Shown here piece by piece: positions 13,686 to 22,505 of a stretch of 23,226 bases of DNA. The position numbers and the translations under genes are program-made. The notes below the pieces were generated by a model that made no database searches, was not told the DNA's origin, and worked only from the letters and a program-made list of their open reading frames with translations. Numbering within the stretch: the first letter of the stretch is position 1; each line of letters begins with the position of its first letter. The stretch comes from Promethearchaeota archaeon. Lineage in GTDB: Archaea > Asgardarchaeota > Odinarchaeia > Odinarchaeales > JBHLKK01. Location: assembly GCA_048939465.1 (NCBI GenBank), contig JBHLPL010000019.1, positions 1-23,226 of the forward strand, given 5' to 3'.

Positions 13686-14311
13686 CGAGCAGAAAGAGCT
13701 ATTCTTTCCTTCTCTCCCTTTCTCTTTATCGCATAACTCTTTGGACTCCCTGTAGCTGCTGAAATGAGTTCGTCTGCAATGCATTCTTCAATCGATTTAG
13801 TGTTACCGATGCTCGCCTTAAGACTGCCTTGGACCAAGAATCTGAGAGCCAGGTCTAAACGTCTCTGAGGGGCTACATCGACTGCTTGCTGGTATGCAAT
13901 CCCCCCATAGCTAATTCTCGTTGTTTCCTCCTTCGGAGCCGCGTTCTCAATCGCAGAAATCAGTACTTGTATCGGGGAGTTGCGGGTCTTTAAACTGATA
14001 ATCTCGAAAGCCGCTTTAACCATGTTTGTAATCTTCTCCTTCTTCCCACTAGATTCACTTTTCTTTATCCTCTTTCCTCCTCGACCTTTGGCCAAACCGG
14101 GGTTCATGAACTTATTGATGAAGCGCTCGACAATTGGCACTCTAGACTTCCCAAATCGGCTATGCTCGTGTCTACCACCGGTGTGAGGCACATACACCGG
14201 TTTTATGCTAATATAGCGCTTCAATCCGCGATCCCTTACCTCTATTCCTTCGAAATCCCATCTGTTGAACAGTTTCACTTTTGAGGTATCAGATTTTTCT
14301 TCTTTAGACAT
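13682..14311 (-). CDS. rps7: 30S ribosomal protein S7 (uS7), archaeal type
   Basis: KLFNRWDF, RDRGLKRYISIKP, PHTGGRH, PIVERFINK, NPIQ-like SPIQVLISAIENAAPKEETTR, VDVAPQRRLDLALR, ELISAA..SYAIKRK.EKERIA.SAR. Confidence 0.98.
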   Translation of the reverse strand: MSKEEKSDTSKVKLFNRWDFEGIEVRDRGLKRYISIKPVYVPHTGGRHEHSRFGKSRVPIVERFINKFMNPGLAKGRGGKRIKKSESSGKKEKITNMVKAAFEIISLKTRNSPIQVLISAIENAAPKEETTRISYGGIAYQQAVDVAPQRRLDLALRFLVQGSLKASIGNTKSIEECIADELISAATGSPKSYAIKRKGEKERIALSAR

Positions 14312-14457
14312 CGTCTGTTCCCTTGAGTCTCGATTTTTCTTGGCAGCCTAGTAATTTGAGGCCAGATTGGAGTCGTTAAACGAGTTTAAAAAGCTTGTGC
14401 TAGACTCATCTCCAAAGCTTTTAAGAAGAAGCTCAGATGTTTACTGAGGTGATCATT

Positions 14458-14808
14458 ATGTATGTAAGAAGAGTAGCTGAAATCAAGGCTGAGAATGTGA
14501 AGGAAGCCAGAAAGACCAAAATCCAGTGGTTAATCACAAAGAAAAACGCAGGTGCTAGCAATTTTACGATGAGGCGATTCTCTATAGAAAAAGGTGGCGA
14601 GATACCTTCCCACAGTCACAACTGGGAACATGAGATCTATATTCTGAAAGGCAAAGGTATTCTGGGCTGGCCCAGCCAGGAACAAGAAGTCGAGGCAGAT
14701 ATGGTTGTTTATGTTCCACCGAATCTCCCACACTGGTACAAGAATACTGGCGATGAAGAACTGGTCTTTATATGTATAATTCCTTACAAAGGATTGGAAT
14801 CATTTTGA
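14458..14808 (+). CDS. Cupin-domain protein
   Basis: IPSHSHNWEHEIYILKGKG and YVPPNLPHWYKNTG cupin motifs. GAGGTGA SD supports ATG 14458. Confidence 0.93.
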   Translation: MYVRRVAEIKAENVKEARKTKIQWLITKKNAGASNFTMRRFSIEKGGEIPSHSHNWEHEIYILKGKGILGWPSQEQEVEADMVVYVPPNLPHWYKNTGDEELVFICIIPYKGLESF

Positions 14809-15213
14809 CAGATCCTCGAGACGCTTTATGACCTTGCGGATTCTTGCCACTCGCCCATAAATTGTTCTTATCCACTTCTTCATGGTTCCATATCGCCTTA
14901 CCCGCCATTCATACTCTGTTGCAAGCTGTTCCGTCTTTCGAACACCGCTCAGAAGCGAAATGAGTTGATTCTTAACGGCGGATAATTGACTTCCCATATT
15001 CGATTTATCTACAGTTCCGGAATTGAATCGCTCCAGAAGTTCTTTCACCTGTTCCAACCAAATCCTTGTTTGCCAATCGCTTGCGCGAAGCCAATTATAC
15101 TGGGCGTAATACTGGTAGAAATTCTTTTTCCCAGGTTCTTCGTACATAAGCTTGAAGAATCTTTCCATACGTCCTCTACTGAGTTCAAGCTCTCTGTTAG
15201 CAGTATCGGCCAT
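14800..15213 (-). CDS. Hypothetical helical protein (137 aa)
   Basis: GAGGGAG SD, amphipathic-helix composition, co-oriented with the TPR-like gene. Confidence 0.7.
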   Translation of the reverse strand: MADTANRELELSRGRMERFFKLMYEEPGKKNFYQYYAQYNWLRASDWQTRIWLEQVKELLERFNSGTVDKSNMGSQLSAVKNQLISLLSGVRKTEQLATEYEWRVRRYGTMKKWIRTIYGRVARIRKVIKRLEDLSK

Positions 15214-15255
15214 AGTGATTCTCCCTCATCTCCAATTCTGGTTGCTTCTCTCTTT

Positions 15256-16014
15256 TTAATTACTCTTTCCGATTCTCTTCGACCATTTAAGTATATGAGA
15301 TCGCCAATATGGGTTTCTGATTTTCTTTGCTATTTTCCGGGCTTCATCTGCTCTTTTGGCCCTGAGGAGTGCAAGACCAATGTACATATAAGCTCGTGAA
15401 CGATGCTCCCCATCTTTTATTCTGTCTGTAAACTTCAACGCTTCATTGATCTCTCCTCGACCAGCGAATGATTGAACAAGGTACTTAAATGCAAGTGATC
15501 GCCGATGATCGTCTTCTATTCCATTCGCTTCCTCCTGGGCCTTATTGATATTTCCAGTTTGAGCTAGGACCTTAACAATATGCGGAAGAATGGTCAGAAG
15601 ATTACCTGTATCCTTTGTCTCTTTGATTACTTCCAAAGCTTTCTTGACAACATCCGATCCTCTTTCCTCGCAATCGATTTCGGCAAAAGCTTCGGAGATA
15701 TTTACGAGTGTTCTTACATATAAGAAAACGTCTTTGATCTCGCCCGCTAGCTCAAGCGTTTTTTCAATAATCCTCCTGGACTCATCAATTTCTCCGGATT
15801 CGAGCAACTTGGACAACAACGTCTTAAGCGTAGTTGAGCGCCAGTATGAGTTTCTCATTCTCTTTAGCGTCTTCTTGGCTAGGTCAAGTCTGCCAGCTTT
15901 GACAAGAGCTTCAACGGCGTTGGCCAGAATCTTCTCATTCATTTCAGACTTCGAGGCTTTTTCCACTTCGCCTAGTATTTCTTCGGCAGTTTTCAGTGGT
16001 TCTTCCTTTTTCAT
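15256..16014 (-). CDS. TPR-like alpha-solenoid repeat protein
   Basis: Repeated units (A.x.I.n.ywRs.al..ia..la..G...eA): YWRSTTL, HRRSLAF, HRSRAY, YWRSHIL. Confidence 0.8.
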   Translation of the reverse strand: MKKEEPLKTAEEILGEVEKASKSEMNEKILANAVEALVKAGRLDLAKKTLKRMRNSYWRSTTLKTLLSKLLESGEIDESRRIIEKTLELAGEIKDVFLYVRTLVNISEAFAEIDCEERGSDVVKKALEVIKETKDTGNLLTILPHIVKVLAQTGNINKAQEEANGIEDDHRRSLAFKYLVQSFAGRGEINEALKFTDRIKDGEHRSRAYMYIGLALLRAKRADEARKIAKKIRNPYWRSHILKWSKRIGKSN

Positions 16015-16145
16015 TTTCGGTCATCGATTCTTTGGTATGTGTTTGGCGTGTCATTAGATTAAACTTATGGTCTTCTAAGGGAAAGATTTAAAAACCATAC
16101 TAGCCTATAGATTATAACGGTGTTATATATTTCGAAGGTGTGAAA

Positions 16146-16415
16146 ATGAAGAAATCGTCAGACGGTGACTCGGGTGAAGAGAGAATAAAGGCAGATCATA
16201 AACTGGATGTCAGGGGATTTAACTGTCCGATTCCACTTCTAAAAACCAGAAGAGAAATTGTAAGAATCGGGATTAATCAAGTCCTCGAGGTTCTGTCTAC
16301 TGACAAGGGTTCAAAGCTAGACATACCTTCTTGGGCAGAAGTCACCGGACACGAGATTGTAGGAATGAAAGATGAAGATGATTTTGTTAGGATCTATGTT
16401 AGAAGAAAAGTATGA
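16146..16415 (+). CDS. tusA: TusA/SirA-family sulfur carrier
   Basis: LDVRGFNCPIP (CPxP), LEVLSTDKGSKLDIPSWA..GHE. Start is GTG 16140 or ATG 16146. Confidence 0.92.
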   Translation: MKKSSDGDSGEERIKADHKLDVRGFNCPIPLLKTRREIVRIGINQVLEVLSTDKGSKLDIPSWAEVTGHEIVGMKDEDDFVRIYVRRKV

Positions 16416-16433
16416 TGTCAGGAGGTGGGAACT

Positions 16434-16853
16434 GTGGGTGAGAGGAAGAAGGCAGCAATAATAGCACAATCAGGAACCATGGATAAACTATTTTCGATTC
16501 TCACAATAGCATCTACGGCGGGTGCTATGGATATTGAGACCCATATATTCTTCACATTCTGGGGACTTCCAGCGCTGAAGAAGGGAGGGCTGGATCAAGC
16601 TGGATTTCCGGCAGAGGTAAAACATATGGAGGGTTTCATGAAACAAAAAATGAAGGATGCCAAAATGCCTTCCTTGTACGAGCTGCTAAAGATGGCCAAG
16701 GAATCCGGAAAAGTCAAGATCTACGCCTGCAATACGACAATGGAGCTCATGGGCGTTAAGGATGAGGATTTGATTCCTGAAGTAGACACCGTATGTGGTG
16801 CAGCCACATTTCTGAAGGAAGCCATTGATGCAGATATAAGCTTGTTCATTTAG
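16434..16853 (+). CDS. DsrE/DsrF-like (DsrE2-type) sulfur relay protein
   Basis: IFFTFWGL, PSLYELLKMAKESG, IYACNTTMELMG, CGAATFL. GGAGGTG SD places the start at GTG 16434. Confidence 0.88.
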   Translation: MGERKKAAIIAQSGTMDKLFSILTIASTAGAMDIETHIFFTFWGLPALKKGGLDQAGFPAEVKHMEGFMKQKMKDAKMPSLYELLKMAKESGKVKIYACNTTMELMGVKDEDLIPEVDTVCGAATFLKEAIDADISLFI

Positions 16854-17186
16854 TCAGTCTCGTTAAGCCAATATTATATTCCTTGCCTTTTTTGATAGAG
16901 ACCCAACTATTCCTCAAACTCCCGAGATTCTTCTAGTTGCCTCTTGGATACCATTCCTGACGGTTCAATGACCTTTGATAGGTTAAACTAATTCGTTGAA
17001 GAATGTCTTCGATTCTATTTGCCACAACATATGCAAGGATAGAAAGCGCAGCCCCCTGTTGTTAATAAGATGTCAGAGTTTACGACTCAACAATTCTTCT
17101 ACAAGCCGGGTACCTGAACGTCTTAATTTGGGCAAACACAACTTACGGTGCGGGTCTTGCGCGATACTATCACTATATAGAAATGA

Positions 17187-18437
17187 CTAATTCAATGATA
17201 TGCCAAATTCCTTGCTAAACGTTTCTGCGATGTCATAGAACGCATCCCTGATTACCTTAATCTGATCCCGATTAAGACCGTATACTGACAGCTTTATGTG
17301 CTTACTTAGTCCTCTATGGAGACCAACGATCTTCCTTTTTATCATTTCTTCGGCCAAAAAGAAGCCTTTGCGCTTATGATGTTTGGAGATCTCCCAAAAT
17401 ACGGGGGTCTCAAACGCTAATAGGTGATGAAGGTGAGGGCGTGCTCCAAGGAGCATTATTCCATTCAGTTTCTCTAATTCTTCCACGAGCCACTGGGTTT
17501 TTTTGAGCTCTTCATTCCAGTGTTTGACTCTCTCCACAACGCTGGGGAAAGAATACATCGAAGAGATTAGGGGAGTCCCACCCACACTGCACCCGAAGAC
17601 ATTGATCATCTTTGCTCCAAAAGATCTACCGCTCCAATCTGTGACGGTAGAGGATTTTCTGAATATCTTCTTTTCCCAATCATAGTTCGTTACGACAAAT
17701 CCCAAGGGACCTAGTGAAGCCATGGACTTATGTGCCGAGACTGTCAGAAAATCCGCCTTCAGGTCTCTGATATTTACAGGAAGTATTCCAGCTGTATAGG
17801 CACCGTTGATCATATACGGTATGTCGTATTCTCTCGCTATTCTTCCCACTTCTTTGACTGGATTAAGATTACCGTAGTATGGTTCCACATGGGTTACCAT
17901 AATCAGTCCAGGAAGCTTTCCTGTCTTTTCTCTTATTTCTTCTATTTTTCTGGCGTAGTCTTCTGCTTCTATCCTATATTCAGGATAGCCCTTATTCGGA
18001 ACCTCAGCGACTTCGAGTCCATTCATTTCGGCAGCCATTATGGTTGTATAGTGGGACAGCGAATCGGCAACCAGTATGTTTGCATAATCTTTTGAAGAGT
18101 CCTCTTTTAGATGCTCCGATATTGTCTTTACTACTGAGAATTGGGCTGCTCTGCAACCGAAAGTGTGTTCGGCAAGATCTCCACCAAAGAACTCCGCGAC
18201 ATCCTTGAGGAAGTCTCCAATTGGAGGCTTGGAAATCAGATCGGATCTTCCCTCAAGGCAGTCAAAACACACTGAATAACCGATTTTTGTCCATTCTTCA
18301 GCGCGTAGAGCATTCTGAATTTCTGTGGACAGTATTCCCCCGGTCATAATCGGATGAACTATTAAGCTTCCTTTGTATCTATTACGCAGATTCCGATATT
18401 TTTCTAGATCCTTCAACGTTTTATCCTCCTCCGTCAT
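17187..18437 (-). CDS. pscS: O-phosphoseryl-tRNA:Cys-tRNA synthase (SepCysS)
   Basis: PIMTGGIL, GYSVCFDC (CxxC), KPPI, SHYTT..AAE, YGNL, NGAY, PLP-lysine motif SAHKS, third Cys in FGCS. Confidence 0.9.
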   Translation of the reverse strand: MTEEDKTLKDLEKYRNLRNRYKGSLIVHPIMTGGILSTEIQNALRAEEWTKIGYSVCFDCLEGRSDLISKPPIGDFLKDVAEFFGGDLAEHTFGCRAAQFSVVKTISEHLKEDSSKDYANILVADSLSHYTTIMAAEMNGLEVAEVPNKGYPEYRIEAEDYARKIEEIREKTGKLPGLIMVTHVEPYYGNLNPVKEVGRIAREYDIPYMINGAYTAGILPVNIRDLKADFLTVSAHKSMASLGPLGFVVTNYDWEKKIFRKSSTVTDWSGRSFGAKMINVFGCSVGGTPLISSMYSFPSVVERVKHWNEELKKTQWLVEELEKLNGIMLLGARPHLHHLLAFETPVFWEISKHHKRKGFFLAEEMIKRKIVGLHRGLSKHIKLSVYGLNRDQIKVIRDAFYDIAETFSKEFGISLN

Positions 18438-19464
18438 ATCCGGCTTGTTTCAAATGAAGAATCATACTTTCAGCAGTTTTCTTTAGGGCAAGATCGAGAT
18501 TCTCACCAGTTTCAAGATCTATCCCCAGTGCATCTGCTGTTGCTGTTATGGTCAAATCGAGCCAATACCCTCTGGTTCTTGCAGCATAGGGCTTATTTTC
18601 AAGGATTGGTTTAAGCCTTTCTGCAATTTCGCTGGCCTCAGTCTGTGAGACCATTCTTATGGGCATGTAGACTGTAACAAAACGGTAGTTTCCCTGGAAG
18701 TCCTTATTAAGATATACACGAAGGTTGTGCCCTTCTATTCTCCCAAAGAAGTAGTCGATTCCTTTTGACAGACCTGCTCTTTCAAACGAGAATCGTACTG
18801 TATCCGGAAGATCGCTCGTTCGACAACCACAGAGTGAACCTCCCAGTTGCACCATATGTTTCATGGTCTCTGCTGCTTGAACATAGTCGGAGGGTGGAGA
18901 TCCGAACAGCAGTTCAGTGTCTTTGTATCCTGCATAGAGCCGTCCTCCCCGGCACATGAAGGTTACATTTGCTCGCCCATTCACATAAGGGACGGCCAGA
19001 TATTCTGCACAGCTAATCCGGCCTCGAAATCGGGCATTTATGGGCTGCTGCGTTCTTGAGTGAATTGAGGCGGCCAGATCTGCCATTTGACTGGGGTTGA
19101 GAATGGCAATTACGACATCAGGTGTTATTTCTGAGTCTACCAGGGGGAAAAGAACAATAGCTTTAACATCTGACAGCTCGAAAGCTGAATCCTTTTGAAC
19201 GGTTCCAGCCGTATGATACCCCAGAGCAAGGACAGCAGAAGGACACGCTTCATCTTGCTTTGTGATTAGCAGCGGTTGTGACTCCTCAGCGACTTTTTTG
19301 ACTGCTTCACAGTTCATTATAGGTTGAGGGGGCCGAGGGAGATTCAGCATAGAGTCGTAGTCTTTTACGACTTTCACACCGACCAGTCTGTATTTAAGCC
19401 CAAGAAAAGCCCGTATTATGTCTTCCACTTCTCTCCATTCGATCTTGCGCTTCTTTGACTTCAT
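18421..19464 (-). CDS. DUF169-family protein with C-terminal extension
   Basis: LVGVK, NCEAVK, ACPSAVLALG, PDVVIAILNPSQM, ISCAE, TFMCRGGR, ELLFG pattern of DUF169. 17-nt overlap with pscS. Confidence 0.75.
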   Translation of the reverse strand: MKSKKRKIEWREVEDIIRAFLGLKYRLVGVKVVKDYDSMLNLPRPPQPIMNCEAVKKVAEESQPLLITKQDEACPSAVLALGYHTAGTVQKDSAFELSDVKAIVLFPLVDSEITPDVVIAILNPSQMADLAASIHSRTQQPINARFRGRISCAEYLAVPYVNGRANVTFMCRGGRLYAGYKDTELLFGSPPSDYVQAAETMKHMVQLGGSLCGCRTSDLPDTVRFSFERAGLSKGIDYFFGRIEGHNLRVYLNKDFQGNYRFVTVYMPIRMVSQTEASEIAERLKPILENKPYAARTRGYWLDLTITATADALGIDLETGENLDLALKKTAESMILHLKQAGYDGGG

Positions 19465-19656
19465 CTTATTCTACCCATAAGAGTTGTGGTCCCAAAACGT
19501 CATCGCCTTCGGAGAAGGGCAGGATCATCAGCCTTTCCCCTCAGGATTATAACACAGTTATAAATAAACTTTTGCTTTCAAGAAAAAAGAATAAGAGAAA
19601 TAGAAAAGCTTGAAATAATAGGAATGCAACTTATCTCTACCCCAATGGTGTTTACT

Positions 19657-20529
19657 ATGAAAGCTGGTAGGCGATGCCACCTTTGTTTGATACGACAGGC
19701 TTCTGAGCTTGCTGAACTTGCCACAAATGATATGAGTCTGCGTTATGAAGCTGTGAAGAGAGCTCTGACCTACCTCTTGAATCAAATCGATGATGGAGAT
19801 ACCCTTCCGGTAATGGGGACAGGTGTTCATCGAATTGTCAAGGAAGTAACAGGAAATGATGATCCTTACAGGAAGATAAAGAAAGAAATGAATCAAGCTG
19901 TGCTGGCTTTTGAAAAAGAAGTGACATCAGATATAAAGAGTTCTGAGAGTCCTCTGTTAACAGCGATAAAGTATTCTATTGCGGGGAACAGGATTGATGT
20001 CGGCCCCGGAAAGAAGTTTGACGTAAAAGATGCCGTCAGGTCTGTTGCTCATGAAAGCCTCTGCATTGATGATTCTCAGGAATTAATAGAAAGAGTAAAG
20101 GACGGAGGGGATATTCTGTATTTAACAGACAATGCCGGCGAAATTGTACTTGATAAGCTGCTAATAAGAGAACTAAAGCGGTTCAATGAAAACATTATTG
20201 TAGCAGTTCGAGGGGGGGCCATTGTTAACGACGCACTGTATGAGGATGCTGTGCAAGTCGGACTGACCAGGGTTGTGAAGGTCATCACGACAGGTACTGA
20301 TGCTATTGGTCCCCTCAAGAGCGAAATATCTACTCCCTTTCAAAAGAAGTTGGACAGCTCAGATTTCCTGATAAGCAAGGGCCAAGGGAACTTCGAAGCA
20401 CTTGCTGACGACTCAAAATACGACAGGTTTTTCTTGCTGAGAGTCAAGTGTAAGGTTATAGCAGATGCTCTCAATGCTCAGGTCGGATGCAATGTGGTCA
20501 AAAGGATTGCGAGGGGGAAATCAATATGA
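19657..20529 (+). CDS. DUF89/ARMT1-like damage-control metal-dependent phosphatase
   Basis: MKAGRRCHLCLIRQ (CxxC), DPYRKIK, AGNRID, YLTDNAGEIVLD, IVNDA, SKGQGNFE, LRVKC. Confidence 0.92.
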   Translation: MKAGRRCHLCLIRQASELAELATNDMSLRYEAVKRALTYLLNQIDDGDTLPVMGTGVHRIVKEVTGNDDPYRKIKKEMNQAVLAFEKEVTSDIKSSESPLLTAIKYSIAGNRIDVGPGKKFDVKDAVRSVAHESLCIDDSQELIERVKDGGDILYLTDNAGEIVLDKLLIRELKRFNENIIVAVRGGAIVNDALYEDAVQVGLTRVVKVITTGTDAIGPLKSEISTPFQKKLDSSDFLISKGQGNFEALADDSKYDRFFLLRVKCKVIADALNAQVGCNVVKRIARGKSI

Positions 20530-21350
20530 TCATTCCAATATTAGCGGTAATCGGAAGAAGAAACACTGGGAAAACATCTGTCTTGGAATATATCGTTTCA
20601 GGTCTGAATGGCTTAGGATATAGAATAATGACTGCAAAACACATTTCAGAGAAGAGATTCTCTGTTGATTCGGAAGGCACAGACACGTGGAGACATAGAG
20701 AAGCTGGAGGAAATCCCGTTTTTTGTGTTTCAGAAAATGAAATAGCGATGATTGCCAGACGGTCGAGTGAGGGGTTTTCTCTTGGAGAGATTCTCAGGTT
20801 TACGGAATCAGATTCAGATCTACTGATCCTTGAAGGATTCTCCAGATGGATACTGAAGGACAATGATGTTGCTAAAATCATATGTGTCAAGAACCGTGAT
20901 GAATACGAATTCTTTAGCAAGAATGTAGAAGGGAGAATTCTTGGCATATACAGCATTGATCCGATGGGCAGCCAGATTCAAACCATAGAAGAAGCAAAGG
21001 ATGACATCGTAGAAGGGGCTCACAGTTTTATGAAAGAAGAGAGAGAAGTCTTTGACATTCTTAGAGAGCTTCCGATTCTTGACTGCGGAAAATGTGGATT
21101 CGACTCATGTCTGAATTTTGCCAGAGAGATTCGTAAGGGCAAAGTGACAATTAAAGACTGCAATGTATTGAACGCGAAAGAACAGTTGAATGTCAGAATA
21201 GAAGTCAATGGAAAAGAGATTCCTCTTCAACCGTTCGTGTCAAAAATCATTTACAATACAGTGACCGGTATGGTCTCATCACTTAAGATGGCTTCTGTGG
21301 CGGGCGATGAACATCTCCTAATCAGACTTGAAGGCAGAAAAGGCAGGTAA
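20526..21350 (+). CDS. mobB: Molybdopterin-guanine dinucleotide biosynthesis protein B with C-terminal Fe-S domain
   Basis: GRRNTGKT P-loop, TAKH, DSEGTDTWRHREAG, LLILEGF, LPILDCGKCGFDSC..FA...C. ATGA overlap with the DUF89 gene. Confidence 0.88.
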   Translation: MIIPILAVIGRRNTGKTSVLEYIVSGLNGLGYRIMTAKHISEKRFSVDSEGTDTWRHREAGGNPVFCVSENEIAMIARRSSEGFSLGEILRFTESDSDLLILEGFSRWILKDNDVAKIICVKNRDEYEFFSKNVEGRILGIYSIDPMGSQIQTIEEAKDDIVEGAHSFMKEEREVFDILRELPILDCGKCGFDSCLNFAREIRKGKVTIKDCNVLNAKEQLNVRIEVNGKEIPLQPFVSKIIYNTVTGMVSSLKMASVAGDEHLLIRLEGRKGR

Positions 21351-21420
21351 CCACATTCAAGAACCTAAGAATAAGAGTTGACAGGGGATGATCAGAACAA
21401 TATACTGCCCAGGTGTGGAC

Positions 21421-22071
21421 TCATTTCATGACACGCTTAATGAGGTAGCGAGAATAGATTGAAGCACCAGGATTGTGGCCAGTAACCCTGTCTTTTACGA
21501 GGAATGTCGTTACAGGAGCTTCGGAAAACCTGGAAAACAATATATCGTGTCCAATGCACAAGCCAAAGATTATGTTTAGATCAGTGTTTTCCTCATTCAT
21601 AATCTCAGCCTGAGCTACTGGATTGCAGGCCGCTTCAAAATCTGATTGTGATAGATGATCTTCAAGAGGTATATCCAATTTGCTTTTTGGCACTCCACCA
21701 ACTTTGCACAAAACAGATACTACCCCAAAACCATTCTTCATAAGTATTCTTGAGAAAGTTTTGGCCTCTTCCTTCAAACCTATACAGAAAGCAATTCCCA
21801 GTTTTTTCATACCCATTTGTCTGGCAAATTCAATGAGTTCTTGGAGGCGAGTCCATTGCATATATCCTGCAGCTTCTATATGAGCGGCGGCTCGAGCAAT
21901 TCTTCCGACTGCAGGGTTTTTCAGAAATCGGTTCTCTGCCAATCCCAGACTCTTTTTGTGTGTAATCATGGGACAGTTCTTTGGAATTCGATCTTTCTCA
22001 TCTTTGTAGCAGGCAAGAGCTTCACAAGAGGAACAATTCATTCTAGACTTCTCCATGGGGGCCTTCTCCAT
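21421..22071 (-). CDS. DUF1847-family Cys-rich metal-binding protein
   Basis: TRLQELIEFA, GIAFCIGL, LCKVGG, CNPVAQA, GLCIGHDILF, VKDRVTGHNP. Confidence 0.9.
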   Translation of the reverse strand: MEKAPMEKSRMNCSSCEALACYKDEKDRIPKNCPMITHKKSLGLAENRFLKNPAVGRIARAAAHIEAAGYMQWTRLQELIEFARQMGMKKLGIAFCIGLKEEAKTFSRILMKNGFGVVSVLCKVGGVPKSKLDIPLEDHLSQSDFEAACNPVAQAEIMNEENTDLNIIFGLCIGHDILFSRFSEAPVTTFLVKDRVTGHNPGASIYSRYLIKRVMK

Positions 22072-22123
22072 GACTCAATACCAGAGTGAGGTTTGATTCA
22101 TTCTTTTTAACCAGTAAGAATCT

Positions 22124-22378
22124 CTAACAGCCAATCCTGTCAAACACATCGTGCTCTAAGACTTCGAGTGTTCTAGGATCTACCCTTATCCGAAGGCCTG
22201 CGTGTCTGCCTTCTCCTTGGTCTTAAAAGGAAGAATGGCATGACATAGATACTCAGTGCATCTTCCGCAGTCTTTGTATATTTCTATCAACTCGGTGGCA
22301 CCATTTTGGGTCATCCATAGGTTCTTTAGCTCGTCGAGCTTCAAATCAGTTCCCTCAGCCAATTCGACCTTCGTTCAT
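22124..22378 (-). pseudogene. Frameshifted small CxxC protein (~84 aa reconstructed), pseudogene or sequence error
   Basis: One frame gives TKVELAEG..IYKDCGRCTEYLCHAILPFKTK (22374 downward). The -1 frame continues GEGRHAGLRIRVDPRTLEVLEHDVFDRIGC* (stop 22124-22126). ATG 22378 is in the same frame as that stop. Confidence 0.5.
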
Positions 22379-22505
22379 CCGACGGGCGGCGGCTAAAGCA
22401 TGTTCAGAGTAATTAGGGTACAATAATAAAAGATTATCCCACAGCTTTATATGAATGTTCTTACAGAAGTCTGAACCACAAAATCTGGAGTGAGGAAGAG
22501 AAAAA

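Noticed and set aside
14986-16057. Long plus-strand ORFs 14986..15399 and 15590..16057
   Set aside because: Ser/Phe/Leu-rich mirror frames of the Glu/Lys-rich minus-strand genes.
16413-16436. Selenocysteine read-through fusing TusA and DsrE (same frame, TGA-TGT-CAG-GAG-GTG)
   Set aside because: A strong GGAGGTG SD sits 6 nt before GTG 16434, supporting independent initiation. The UGA is not at a catalytic Cys position, no SECIS-like element was recognised, and same-frame neighbours occur one time in three by chance.
20498-20956. 152-aa antisense ORF over mobB
   Set aside because: Shadow of a well-supported gene, with no motifs.
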